Shown here: positions 26,078 through 35,114 of the stretch, one piece after another
How positions within the stretch are numbered: position 1 is the first letter of the stretch
How the letters are laid out: every line of letters starts with the position of its first letter
NCBI GenBank assembly: GCA_028716065.1
Contig: JAQUQN010000004.1
Span: 1-35,114, forward strand
Source of the DNA: Candidatus Omnitrophota bacterium
GTDB lineage: Bacteria; Omnitrophota; Gorgyraeia; 2-01-FULL-45-10
Direction of reading: 5' to 3'
Length of the DNA stretch: 35,114 nt
Notes under the pieces: model-generated
Told to the model about the DNA's origin: nothing
The model's database searches: none
What the model saw: the letters and a program-made list of their open reading frames with translations, nothing else
Program-made: the position numbers and the translations under genes

Positions 26078-27453
26078 AAATAAGAATTTTTCCATGCGCC
26101 TTTATTCTTTTATCCGCGTTCCTTTGCGCGCTCCCGTACGGTTTTTGCGAAGAGAACGACCCCACCGCCTATGACGCGCTCTCCCTGGGCGATTCGATAG
26201 CGGTCGCGCACAAGAATAACATAGACATACAGATAGCCGAGCAGGAGATAAGGACGGCCAGGGCCGATATAATGGCCGCGGAAGGCGCCTTCCTGCCGAC
26301 CGCGGACGTGACCGCCAGCTATCTATATAGCGGCCAGTATTTCAAACTGGGAAACGCCGCCAGCCCGGGGTTAAAAAAGGACATAGGCGTCTTTAACGGA
26401 TACCAGAATGACAATAAACTCGATTTTACTTTTAACGAAGTCATCTTTGACGGCGGGGCGAGGATAGCTAACTTCAAACAGTCCAAATTGAATCTGAAGG
26501 TCCAGGAAGAGACGGTGCGCGCGAAAAAACTCTTCATCGAATACGAGACGAAACGGCTTTATTACGGGCTCCTGCTGGCTTATGAAACGAAACGCATAGC
26601 GCAGAATCTTTATGACCAGGCCCTGGCCCATTATGAAGACGCCAGTAAGAAGTATACCCAGGGCACCGTCTCGAAATTCGACGTCCTCCAGTCGAAGGTG
26701 CAGGTCTCGAAGGTGATGCCCGAACTGGTAAAGGCCGAGAACTCGATCGAATTGATAAAGGCGGACTTCAGGAAGCTGCTGAGGCTGGATATGAGGGAGC
26801 CCGTAAATCTGAAAGACAATAACCTGCCCTACGCATCGGTCGATATCGATGAAAAAGGTTTTTTGGGACGGGCATTTCAGTATAATCCGGAAATGATATT
26901 GAAATCGCTGGGCATAGACGTTAACAAGTGGGCAGTAGAATTTGCTAAGGCCGGTTACGGCCCGCAGATAAACGCGACCTTCGGGTACGGCTTCAGGTCC
27001 AATAGGGTCGCTACGATGTTTGGTTATAAACACAATAACTGGAATGTTGGAGGGAGCATAAGCGTTCCCATATTCGACGGTTTCTCTACCAAGTCCAAGG
27101 TCGATCAGGCAAAGGTCAAGTATGACCAGGCGCGCCTGGAAAAAGAGAACGTGGCCGATCAGGTGGTGGTCGACATTACGAAAGGGTGCCTGGATATGAG
27201 AGAGGCCCAGGCCATAATAGATTACGAGAAGGACGGCATCGAAGAGGCAAAGGACGCTTTGAGGATATCCAACCTGAGGTTCGATAACGGTGTCGGGACG
27301 AATCTCGATGTCCTGGATTCACAGGTATCTTTAAGCCAGGTAGAGAAGAATTACGTGGAAGGGGTTTATGACTATCTGATGGCGAAGGCATTTTTGGACA
27401 GGACGATGGGTGATGAGTTTCTAAAGGAGGCAGATAATGAAAAGAAAGATTAA
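26074..27453 (+). CDS. TolC-family outer membrane efflux protein
   Basis: Signal peptide and two OEP repeats (A..NN.DI..A...I..ARA...AA...FLP; YNPE...KAGYGPQI...RFDNGVGTNLDVLDSQ). ATGA overlap with galT. Confidence 0.92.
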   Translation: MKIRIFPCAFILLSAFLCALPYGFCEENDPTAYDALSLGDSIAVAHKNNIDIQIAEQEIRTARADIMAAEGAFLPTADVTASYLYSGQYFKLGNAASPGLKKDIGVFNGYQNDNKLDFTFNEVIFDGGARIANFKQSKLNLKVQEETVRAKKLFIEYETKRLYYGLLLAYETKRIAQNLYDQALAHYEDASKKYTQGTVSKFDVLQSKVQVSKVMPELVKAENSIELIKADFRKLLRLDMREPVNLKDNNLPYASVDIDEKGFLGRAFQYNPEMILKSLGIDVNKWAVEFAKAGYGPQINATFGYGFRSNRVATMFGYKHNNWNVGGSISVPIFDGFSTKSKVDQAKVKYDQARLEKENVADQVVVDITKGCLDMREAQAIIDYEKDGIEEAKDALRISNLRFDNGVGTNLDVLDSQVSLSQVEKNYVEGVYDYLMAKAFLDRTMGDEFLKEADNEKKD

Positions 27454-28273
27454 TCTGACAGTCGCGATCGCTTTGGTTGCGATAATCGCGATAGGTTCTG
27501 GCCTGTTCGTTCTGATAAAACGCGCTCACAAGAGCAACATCATCAAGGTCTCCGGCAACATCGAAGGTAACGACGTGCGTATATCGTTCCGGGTCGAAGG
27601 CCAGATAGAGAATCTGGTGGCGGATGAGGGTACGGTCCTTAAGGTCGGCCAGGTGGTTGCGCGGCTCAAGACGGATGAATTGCGAAAGATCAGGGATGAG
27701 GCAAAGGGTTCTCTGGAAGCGGCCCAGCATCAGTATAAACTGGACTGGGACGACTATCTCAGGGCCGAGAACCTCTATCTGGGCGGAGCCATATCCGCTC
27801 AGCAGAGGGACGCGGCGAAGACCCAGGCCTTATCCGATCAGTCAAACATTGACCAGTTGCGTGCGTCCCTGGAACTGGCCCAGACACGGTTAGGTTTTTG
27901 CGAACTTGCGTCCCCATTGAACGGTTACGTGATCGCCAAGAGCGCGGAACAAGGCGAAGTCGTGCAGGTAGGCGCGCCTGTATTCACGGCTGTGGATCTT
28001 AATGATGTCTGGGTTACCGCTTACATCAACGAGACGGATCTTGGCAGGGTCAAGTTGAACCAGAAGGCATACGTGAAGACTGACTCCTATCCTGACAAAA
28101 AATACAACGGCTGGATCTCGTTTATCTGCCAGCAGACCGAATTTACCCCGAAATATATCCAGACTACCGAAGAACGCGTCAAATACGTTTACAGGATAAA
28201 GGTCAGGGTCGATAATTCCAGCCTGGACTTAAAACCCGGCATGCCCGCGGACGCTTACATCACAGTCGAGTAA
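27437..28273 (+). CDS. HlyD-family membrane fusion protein, YbhG-like
   Basis: N-terminal TM, VSGNIEG..VRISFRVEG.I, L.SPLNG.V, AYINETDLGRVKL, EFTPK.IQT.EER...VYRIKV, LKPGMPAD. Confidence 0.9.
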   Translation: MKRKINLTVAIALVAIIAIGSGLFVLIKRAHKSNIIKVSGNIEGNDVRISFRVEGQIENLVADEGTVLKVGQVVARLKTDELRKIRDEAKGSLEAAQHQYKLDWDDYLRAENLYLGGAISAQQRDAAKTQALSDQSNIDQLRASLELAQTRLGFCELASPLNGYVIAKSAEQGEVVQVGAPVFTAVDLNDVWVTAYINETDLGRVKLNQKAYVKTDSYPDKKYNGWISFICQQTEFTPKYIQTTEERVKYVYRIKVRVDNSSLDLKPGMPADAYITVE

Positions 28274-28274
28274 G

Positions 28275-29009
28275 ATGGCCACGATAAAGACAACCGCCTT
28301 AACCAGGAAGTTCAACACTCTCACCGCCGTAGATAATCTTAATATAGAAGTAGAGGAAGGGGAGATATTCGGCCTCGTCGGTCCCGACGGCGCCGGCAAG
28401 ACCACCACAATGCGCCTTCTGACCGGCATACTCGATCCCACCTCGGGCGAGGGGTGGGTCTACGGAAAGCATATCGTGAAGGAAGCGGAAATGCTAAAGG
28501 ATAACATCGCCTACATGTCGCAGCGTTTCGGCCTTTATGAGGACCTCACCGTCCTCGAAAATATAAACTTTTACGCCGATATCTACTGCGTCCCGAAAAA
28601 AGATAGGTCCGCCACCATAGATAAACTTCTCGGTTTCAGCGGCCTAGAGCCTTTCAGGGCGAGGTTCGCCGGAAAACTCTCGGGCGGCATGAAACAGAAA
28701 CTGGGCCTCGCCTGCGCCCTCATACATACGCCGAAGGTGTTATTCCTGGATGAGCCCACCAACGGCGTCGACCCCGTGTCCCGGAGAGACTTTTGGAAGA
28801 TACTGTATCAGTTATTGAAGGAGAAAGTGACGATACTTTACTCCACTTCCTATCTCGATGAGGCGGAACGCTGCAAGAGGGTGGGCCTCATGCATAAAGG
28901 CAAACTTCTGAAATGCGATACGCCGGACGTGATAAAGAAGGAATGCAGCGCCAAGACGCTCGAGGAAGCGTTCATATCCATAATAGGTAAATATGACCAG
29001 CCCCAATAA
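28275..29009 (+). CDS. ABC transporter ATP-binding protein (YbhF first-NBD-like)
   Basis: Walker A GPDGAGKT, signature LSGGMKQKL, Walker B FLDEPT, switch STSY. Confidence 0.95.
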   Translation: MATIKTTALTRKFNTLTAVDNLNIEVEEGEIFGLVGPDGAGKTTTMRLLTGILDPTSGEGWVYGKHIVKEAEMLKDNIAYMSQRFGLYEDLTVLENINFYADIYCVPKKDRSATIDKLLGFSGLEPFRARFAGKLSGGMKQKLGLACALIHTPKVLFLDEPTNGVDPVSRRDFWKILYQLLKEKVTILYSTSYLDEAERCKRVGLMHKGKLLKCDTPDVIKKECSAKTLEEAFISIIGKYDQPQ

Positions 29010-29964
29010 CGGCGTAGCGGTCAGCGTCCAGAACCTGGAGAAGAAATTCGGCCAGTTCACGGCCGTCAACCGGATAAATTTTGACGTCAAGGGCGGAGAG
29101 ATATTCGGCTTTCTCGGTCCCAACGGCGCCGGAAAGTCCACCACCATAAGGATGCTATGCGGCATCCTCATGCCCACATCCGGCTCCGGCAAGGTCGGAG
29201 GGTTCGACATAATAAAAGAGCAGGCCCAGATAAAGCAGCATATCGGATACATGTCCCAGAAATTTTCTTTATATGACGATCTCACCGTGGAGGAGAATAT
29301 AAATTTTTACAGCGGTATCTACAAATTGTCCAAAAAAGAGAAGGAAGAGCGTAAGGAAAAGATAATAAAACTCGCGGATCTGGAGGCATTCAAGACGAGG
29401 CTCACCAAGACGCTTTCCGGAGGATGGAAGCAGCGGCTCGCCCTGGGATGCGCCATAATCCACCAGCCCAGCATAATATTTCTCGATGAACCGACTTCGG
29501 GAGTTGACCCCATAACGAGGGGTAATTTCTGGGATATCATCAAGGGCATGGCCGCCAAGGGGATAACGATCTTCGTCACCACACATTACATGGATGAGGC
29601 GGAGAATTGCGACAGGATGTGCCTCATATATAAAGGCAACATAATCGCCATGGGGACGCCGAACCAGATGAAGACCGAGCACATGAAGAACGATATACTG
29701 GAGATCACGATGCCGCATGCCGAGAACTGGATAGATAAGATCTCCGCCCTTGAAGTGGTCAAGGAGACGTCCCTTTTCGGAGCGGCACTCCATGCTGTCG
29801 TCGAGACGGAGAAGGCCGCAGTGCCCGCCATAAAGGCGATGTTCAAAAAAGATGGGTTAAAAGATTATACCATCAGGAAGATCATGCCGTCTTTGGAAGA
29901 CGTCTTCGTATCTTCGATAGAAAATTACGACAGGACCGTGGGGAATGAATCTAAGAAGAACTAA
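28993..29964 (+). CDS. ABC transporter ATP-binding protein (YbhF second-NBD-like)
   Basis: GPNGAGKS, LSGGWKQRL, FLDEPTSGVDP, TTHY, C-terminal PSLEDVF. Confidence 0.95.
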   Translation: MTSPNNGVAVSVQNLEKKFGQFTAVNRINFDVKGGEIFGFLGPNGAGKSTTIRMLCGILMPTSGSGKVGGFDIIKEQAQIKQHIGYMSQKFSLYDDLTVEENINFYSGIYKLSKKEKEERKEKIIKLADLEAFKTRLTKTLSGGWKQRLALGCAIIHQPSIIFLDEPTSGVDPITRGNFWDIIKGMAAKGITIFVTTHYMDEAENCDRMCLIYKGNIIAMGTPNQMKTEHMKNDILEITMPHAENWIDKISALEVVKETSLFGAALHAVVETEKAAVPAIKAMFKKDGLKDYTIRKIMPSLEDVFVSSIENYDRTVGNESKKN

Positions 29965-31078
29965 GGCCGTATTTAACAAGGAGTTCATACAGATAATGCG
30001 GGACCCGCGCAGTCTCGCCCTGGCGCTACTCATTCCGATAGTCCTGATAGTCCTCTTCGGTTACGGCCTGAGCCTCGACATCAATAATATCCCGCTGGCT
30101 ATTTGGGACCAGGATAATACAACCGTCTCCAGAGATTTTATCCTCAATTTCAAGAATTCGTATTATTTCAAGATAATCGGGTATTATGATAACTACAGGG
30201 ATCTCCAAAGGTTGCTGGATAAGTCGGATGCCATGTTGGCCATGGTGATACCGAAGCATTTTACCTGGCACATACAGGCGAAGCAGGCCGCGCCCGTGCA
30301 GATGATACTGGACGGCAGCGATTCCAATACCGCCAACATAGCCTTAGGCTATGTCAATAGCGTCGTCTCCATCTACAATTCCAATTTTATGGTCAACGCG
30401 CTAAAGAACATGACGCTGGTAAACCCGACACCGATAGACGTCCGGCCGCGGGTATGGTTCAACCAGGATTTCGAGAGTAAAAATTTCATAGTCCCGGGCC
30501 TCATAGCCGTCATAATGATGATAATAGCCGCGCTCCTGACGTCGCTGACCATAGCAAGAGAGTGGGAGAGGGGCACGATGGAGCAGCTGATAGCCACGCC
30601 GATAAGGCCGCTCGAGCTTATAATAGGGAAGTTCGGACCTTATTTCGTCATAGGCATGATCGATCTGGCTATAGCGGTCCTCATGGGTAAGTTCGTGTTC
30701 GGTGTGCCGTTTCGGGGAAGTATCGTCCTCCTGGTGGTCTTGTCCAGCATATTTCTCACGGGGTCCCTCATGCTCGGTATATTCATATCGATCGTATCTA
30801 AAAGCCAGCTCATGGCGAGCCAGATGGCCATCCTCACGTCGTTTTTGCCGACATTTTTATTGTCCGGATTTACTTATGAGATATTTAACATGCCGCAATG
30901 GGTCCAGGATATAACCTATCTCATACCGGCGAGATATTTCATAGTAATATTAAGGGGTATCTATCTGAAGGGCGTCGGGGTGAGGGTCCTGTATGATGAG
31001 ACACTGTGCCTGATCGTCTTCGCGTTGATCACGACGGCGCTCGCTACCAGGCGTTTCAAGAAGAAGATAACGGTATAA
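29945..31078 (+). CDS. ABC-2 type permease, YbhS-like
   Basis: KEFIQIMRD, DGSDSN, VPGLIA...AREWERGTMEQL..TP. Confidence 0.92.
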   Translation: MNLRRTKAVFNKEFIQIMRDPRSLALALLIPIVLIVLFGYGLSLDINNIPLAIWDQDNTTVSRDFILNFKNSYYFKIIGYYDNYRDLQRLLDKSDAMLAMVIPKHFTWHIQAKQAAPVQMILDGSDSNTANIALGYVNSVVSIYNSNFMVNALKNMTLVNPTPIDVRPRVWFNQDFESKNFIVPGLIAVIMMIIAALLTSLTIAREWERGTMEQLIATPIRPLELIIGKFGPYFVIGMIDLAIAVLMGKFVFGVPFRGSIVLLVVLSSIFLTGSLMLGIFISIVSKSQLMASQMAILTSFLPTFLLSGFTYEIFNMPQWVQDITYLIPARYFIVILRGIYLKGVGVRVLYDETLCLIVFALITTALATRRFKKKITV

Positions 31079-31081
31079 AAC

Positions 31082-32212
31082 ATGTTTGAACGGATCATTG
31101 CGGTCATCGTGAAGGAATTTCTCCAGGTCCTGAGGGATCCCAGGATGAAGATAATCATATTCATCTCTCCTCTCATTCAGGTCCTGATATTCGGTTATGC
31201 GGCCACCATGGACATAACCAATATCCCTACAGGAATTTATGACCTCGACAAGACGAAGCAAAGCCGCGATGTCATAAGGGCCTTTACCTATTCGAAATAT
31301 TTCATTGCAAAGCGTTACATATCTAATGAACAGGAGATGATAGACGTCATCAATAGGTCCGAAGTGAACGCCGTCATCAAGTTCAACCGCGGTTTCGCCA
31401 GGGACCTCACCGGAAATGGAAGCGCCCAGATGCAGGTCATAGTGGACGGCACCGATTCGAATGCCGCCCAGATAATCCTCAGTTACGGCGCCCAGATCAT
31501 TGCCAAGTATAATTATGAGGTGCTGAAAGAGAGGGCGAATATTTTCCTGACAAAAAAGAACCTCTTCCCGAGCGTGGACCTGCGGGACCGCAGATGGTTC
31601 AACGAGAATCTCGAGTCAAAAAATTATTATCTGCCGGGCGTCATAGCGCTCATAGTGAGCATAATGTCGCTTCTATTGACATCGATGGCCATCGTGAGGG
31701 AAAAGGAGATAGGCACGATGGAGCAATTGATAGTGAGCCCAATAAAGCCGATCGAGCTCATTGCCGGCAAGATCGTTCCATTCGGCATAATAGCGATAAT
31801 ACAGGTTGTGGTCGTGACCACGGTGGGCGTCTTATGGTTCAAGATACCGATAAGGGGCAGTTTAATTCTACTTTTCGGCAGTACCGTCATATATCTTCTT
31901 ACCACTTTAGGCATAGGGCTTTTCATCTCGACCTTATCCTCTACACAACAGGAAGCCCTCATGTCGGTATTTCTTTTCTATTTTCCAGCGGTGCTTCTTT
32001 CCGGATTCGCGTATCCGATAGCGAACATGCCGCGGGTCATACAGTACATAACCTTTTTTAACCCTTTGAGATATTATCTTGTAATACTGAGAAGTATCTT
32101 TTTAAAAGGAGTCGGCGTAGCCATACTATGGCCGGAACTTACGGTGCTTCTGTTGATGGGCGCAATTATCATTACGTTGAGCGCCTCCCGTTTCAAGAGC
32201 CGTCTTGGATGA
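31082..32212 (+). CDS. ABC-2 type permease, YbhR-like
   Basis: KEFLQVLRD, DGTDSN, LPGVIA...VREKEIGTMEQL..SP, NPLRYY. Confidence 0.92.
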   Translation: MFERIIAVIVKEFLQVLRDPRMKIIIFISPLIQVLIFGYAATMDITNIPTGIYDLDKTKQSRDVIRAFTYSKYFIAKRYISNEQEMIDVINRSEVNAVIKFNRGFARDLTGNGSAQMQVIVDGTDSNAAQIILSYGAQIIAKYNYEVLKERANIFLTKKNLFPSVDLRDRRWFNENLESKNYYLPGVIALIVSIMSLLLTSMAIVREKEIGTMEQLIVSPIKPIELIAGKIVPFGIIAIIQVVVVTTVGVLWFKIPIRGSLILLFGSTVIYLLTTLGIGLFISTLSSTQQEALMSVFLFYFPAVLLSGFAYPIANMPRVIQYITFFNPLRYYLVILRSIFLKGVGVAILWPELTVLLLMGAIIITLSASRFKSRLG

Positions 32213-33900
32213 GCCACGTCAGGGATATCGATATGATGAAGAACGAAATTGTAAAATTCGCCGTGAAATTTCTGGCCCCGAAGGCTAAGGCCTTCGAAGA
32301 TGCGACGAAGGATCCCCTCGAGGCGCAGCGCAAGATCCTCCTGGAGTACCTTGCGCGGAACAGAAAGACGGAATATGGCCTTAAATACGGATTTTCGGAT
32401 ATCCGGTCGATAGAGGGATATAGAAAAGCGGTGCCTTTAAGCGATTGCGAGTCGATGCGGCCCTATCTCGAAAGAATAGCGAAGGGCGAAGAAAATATTC
32501 TCATGGTGGACAAGCCCGTGTTTTTCGGCGCGACGAGCGGCACGACGAACGCGCCGAAATACATACCCTCCACCGTATATTCTAACGCTAAAAAAGAGGA
32601 ATTGACCGATATCTGGGGGTATTACATAGCGCGCGACCATCCGGATATCTTTAAAGGAAAGATCCTGGCAATAATGAGTTCGGAGGTAGAGGGATATACG
32701 GCCTCGGGAGTACCGTACGGCGCAGAGAGCGGACATGGTTATAAGGGCCTGAACCCCTTGATAAGATCGATGTATGTCCTGCCCTATGAAGTGCTCGAGA
32801 TACCGGATTTTGACGCAAGATATTATTGTATACTCAGGATCTCGATAGCCGAGAATGTCACTACCATAGCCACATTGAACCCGAACACGATAATACTCTT
32901 GTGCAGGAAGATAGGCCAGTGGCAGGATAGGATAATAGAGGATATTAAAAACGGCAAACTGAGCACGGATATTAGCGTTCCCGATGATATCCGTAAAAAG
33001 ATAGAGAAGCATTTGAAGCCCGATCCCGAAAGGGCCTCTGAATTAAGGGATATACTCGATAAAAAGAAAGAACTGTTGCCTAAATATTTCTGGCCGGACC
33101 TTGATGTCATAGAATGCTGGAAGGGCGGTACCATGAAAGTCTATCTAAAGGAGCTGCCTTCCTATTTCGGCAAAGTCTCGGTGAGGGATATAGGTTACGT
33201 GGCAACGGAGGCGCGCAGCTCCATACCTGTCAGCGATGAAGGGGCGGGGGGCGTACTGGCCATACAGACTAATTTTTATGAGTTCATCCCGAAGGAGGAT
33301 ATGGGCAGAAAGGACAAACGCCTTCTTCTGTGCGACGAGCTGGAAAAGGGCAGGGATTATTTCATAGTGGTGACGACCGCGGGCGGCTTGTACAGATATA
33401 ATATAGATGATATTATACACGTGAACGCGTTTTTCAATAAGACCCCCGTTATCGAATTTGTTCAGAAGGGACGGGGCGCCGCCTCGCTTGCGGGAGAGAA
33501 ACTTTATGAGTCGCACGTGGACGAAGCGCTGAACCGCGTATTGAACAGGACGAAGTTGCCGGTCGAATTTTTCTGCGCGGTGGCTATCGGCGGAGACGCT
33601 TCGCATTACGCGTTTCTGGTGGAATTCTCCGGTACCGGCCTTTCCCGGGATGTTAAGAGGGATTTTCTGAAGTCGATGGAGGAGGAATTGCGCCGGCAGG
33701 ACAGGGAATATGATTATGTAAGGAACGCGCAGCTCCTGGATCCGCCAGTGTTGAGAGTGGTCAGGAAGGGGGAATTTGAAAAGTACAGGACGAGACGCCT
33801 GCAGGAAGGCGCGCATGACAGCCAGTTCAAAGTCCCGGAACTCACCGCGGACCCGGCCTTTCAGGATAACTTCAGCATGGAAGAAGAGATAGTGTTGTAA
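32209..33900 (+). CDS. GH3-family acyl-acid amido synthetase-like protein (ANL adenylating enzyme)
   Basis: Q...LLEYLARN..TEYG, P-loop TSGTT..PKYIP, GYVATE, YEFIP, TTAGGLYRYNIDD, QFKVP. The start is set at the ATGA overlap with the permease stop rather than 32128. Confidence 0.9.
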   Translation: MSHVRDIDMMKNEIVKFAVKFLAPKAKAFEDATKDPLEAQRKILLEYLARNRKTEYGLKYGFSDIRSIEGYRKAVPLSDCESMRPYLERIAKGEENILMVDKPVFFGATSGTTNAPKYIPSTVYSNAKKEELTDIWGYYIARDHPDIFKGKILAIMSSEVEGYTASGVPYGAESGHGYKGLNPLIRSMYVLPYEVLEIPDFDARYYCILRISIAENVTTIATLNPNTIILLCRKIGQWQDRIIEDIKNGKLSTDISVPDDIRKKIEKHLKPDPERASELRDILDKKKELLPKYFWPDLDVIECWKGGTMKVYLKELPSYFGKVSVRDIGYVATEARSSIPVSDEGAGGVLAIQTNFYEFIPKEDMGRKDKRLLLCDELEKGRDYFIVVTTAGGLYRYNIDDIIHVNAFFNKTPVIEFVQKGRGAASLAGEKLYESHVDEALNRVLNRTKLPVEFFCAVAIGGDASHYAFLVEFSGTGLSRDVKRDFLKSMEEELRRQDREYDYVRNAQLLDPPVLRVVRKGEFEKYRTRRLQEGAHDSQFKVPELTADPAFQDNFSMEEEIVL

Positions 33901-33933
33901 CGGCGGCATGAACATTAAGAAAGGAAGGTTTGT

Positions 33934-34329
33934 ATGGGAGAGATAAAAGATATAGTCCAGAGCGCGGATTGGAAACAGGAAAAGCATGTTCCGGTGATCG
34001 AAACTTCCGATAAGGCGAAGAAGGGTGAGATGCTGAAGATAACGGTCACGGTGGGTAAAGAGATACCCCATCCCAATAAGACAGAACATCATATCAGATG
34101 GATAAGTGTTTATTTTCATCCCAGGGGCGAGAAGTTTCCTTGCCAGATAGGAAAGGTCGAGTTTACGGCCCACGGCGAATCTCCTCAGGGGCCTGATACG
34201 AGCACGATATGCACGCATCCAGAAGCAGTTTTGAATTTCAAGTCGGAAAAGAGCGGCACGATATACGCCGTATCCTATTGTAACATTCACGGCCTCTGGC
34301 AAAATTCGAAGGAGATAGAGGTAGCTTAA
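33934..34329 (+). CDS. single-iron superoxide reductase (neelaredoxin/class II SOR-like)
   Basis: EKHVP, HPNKTEHHI, CNIHGLW iron ligands. No N-terminal desulforedoxin domain. Confidence 0.92.
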   Translation: MGEIKDIVQSADWKQEKHVPVIETSDKAKKGEMLKITVTVGKEIPHPNKTEHHIRWISVYFHPRGEKFPCQIGKVEFTAHGESPQGPDTSTICTHPEAVLNFKSEKSGTIYAVSYCNIHGLWQNSKEIEVA

Positions 34330-34350
34330 TCATACGGAGAGGAGGAGAGC

Positions 34351-34782
34351 ATGAAGGCAAGCATGAAAGCGGTATTTTTTGTAATGATATTATGCGCCTC
34401 CATGGCCGCTATTTCTCAGGACCTTGGCGCAAGGTGCGGCCCGGTGCACGGATCATATTACATTCCGGAACCCAGATTGATACAGCCGACCACGGAATTG
34501 GTCGATCTTAGCGGTAAGAGCCAGCTCAAATTTGAATGGAGCCCACATGAGGGTGACCGTTCAAAGAGGAAATATTATGACTTCAGGCTCTATCAAGGCG
34601 AACAGATGCTCGAGGCGGGCCTGGTCTTCAAGAAGCGCGTCGATCCCGACACTGCTGTCATATCCCTGGATGCCGGACTCTTCAAAGACGGCCAGGCATA
34701 TACGTGGTCATTGAGGCAGGTATACGACACGCAGGGCAAGAGCAGAAGAAGCTTCTATACCTTCCAGGTGGTCAAGAAGTAA
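34351..34782 (+). CDS. secreted hypothetical protein (Ig/FN3-like beta sandwich, tentative)
   Basis: SD GGAGG, signal peptide, LKFEWSP...YDFRLY...YTWSLRQ pattern. Confidence 0.7.
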   Translation: MKASMKAVFFVMILCASMAAISQDLGARCGPVHGSYYIPEPRLIQPTTELVDLSGKSQLKFEWSPHEGDRSKRKYYDFRLYQGEQMLEAGLVFKKRVDPDTAVISLDAGLFKDGQAYTWSLRQVYDTQGKSRRSFYTFQVVKK

Positions 34783-34824
34783 AATCCTCTATATCTTCAA
34801 AGAATCCACGTATTATCTTTTAAT

Positions 34825-34851
34825 AAATTTTTTAGGGTCCTGCCACTCCCT
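34825..34851. repeat. partial AAATTTTAGGGTC-CTGCCACTCCCT repeat (empty site)
   Basis: Matches 17328-17340 plus 17371-17382 without the 30-bp insert. Confidence 0.6.
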
Positions 34852-34987
34852 CGCCTTTTGTGCTCCGCGCTCCGCGTGGGGTTCACAATAGACGAGTATA
34901 TAGCTAATTGGTGTCTGTATGTCCGCCAGGATTGCCTACAACAGGACTATCTAAAGCTGGGGCGCGGGCTTACTATCATGCAATCCT

Positions 34988-35114
34988 TGTGCAACTGGAA
35001 CATGGGTTACACTTTAAACCGGAGACATAGGTTACACTATCTATAATCGTTTTCAAAGGGTTCTAGTTTCTTTGTATGCAGGTTAAGAATAGATATCGGT
35101 TGGAAGCCGAAGTT
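34988..35114 (-). mobile_element. probable right end of an IS481-family insertion sequence, with the last 25 codons of its transposase
   Basis: Terminal TGT at 34988 and two ACAT(G/A)GGTTACACT boxes 25 bp apart (35000-35013, 35025-35038). A minus-strand frame open from the edge reads NFGFQPISILNLHTKKLEPFENDYR* (stop 35037-35039), resembling IS481-type C-termini as recalled, not searched. Confidence 0.55.

Noticed and set aside
18909-32208. Longest-ORF starts at 18909, 19759 and 32128
   Set aside because: They overlap upstream genes or repeats. Starts at 18930, 19849 and 32209 have translational coupling or a strong SD, and for 18930 a proper signal peptide.
33145-34302. 385-aa minus-strand ORF
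   Set aside because: It is antisense to GH3 and SOR, which carry clear catalytic motifs, and shows no recognisable protein features.
9337-35038. CRISPR array from the palindromes or the 25-bp-spaced boxes
   Set aside because: There is no series of regularly spaced repeats with unique spacers, and no cas genes.
34858-35046. 62-aa plus-strand ORF
   Set aside because: It has no SD or domain support and overlaps the putative IS end.

Overview
Bacterial chromosomal window with no rRNA, tRNA or CRISPR array seen. The giant mosaic protein suggests Omnitrophota, but that is inference only. Left to right: a truncated AdhE-type CoA-acylating aldehyde dehydrogenase (minus strand, missing from the ORF track); a plus-strand envelope cluster (secreted hypotheticals, coiled-coil MscS, holin-like protein, outer-membrane barrel, stand-alone tandem Cache protein, patatin and NlpC/P60 lipoproteins); a 2410-aa signal-peptide-bearing mosaic protein (CPBP-like membrane segment, radical SAM, HExxH, HemK-like methyltransferase) behind a sigma70 promoter, a complete c-di-GMP-I riboswitch and a competing hairpin; a DUF900/DUF3108 pair; a sugar-scavenging locus (sugar porter, OprB, exported GH15-like protein); a tightly coupled operon galT - TolC - YbhG/F/F/S/R-like exporter - GH3 amido synthetase - superoxide reductase - secreted protein; and the probable end of an IS481-like element at the right edge. 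The intergenic DNA holds several nested structured repeat families: a ~290-nt branched RNA-like element in two copies (one inside a 400-bp unit bounded by an exact 17-bp direct repeat), a 30-bp hairpin whose empty site occurs elsewhere in the window, a ~190-nt nested hairpin, and two GTAG-type palindromes with compensatory changes. The strongest candidates for novelty are the riboswitch-gated giant multi-enzyme protein and the structured repeat system.
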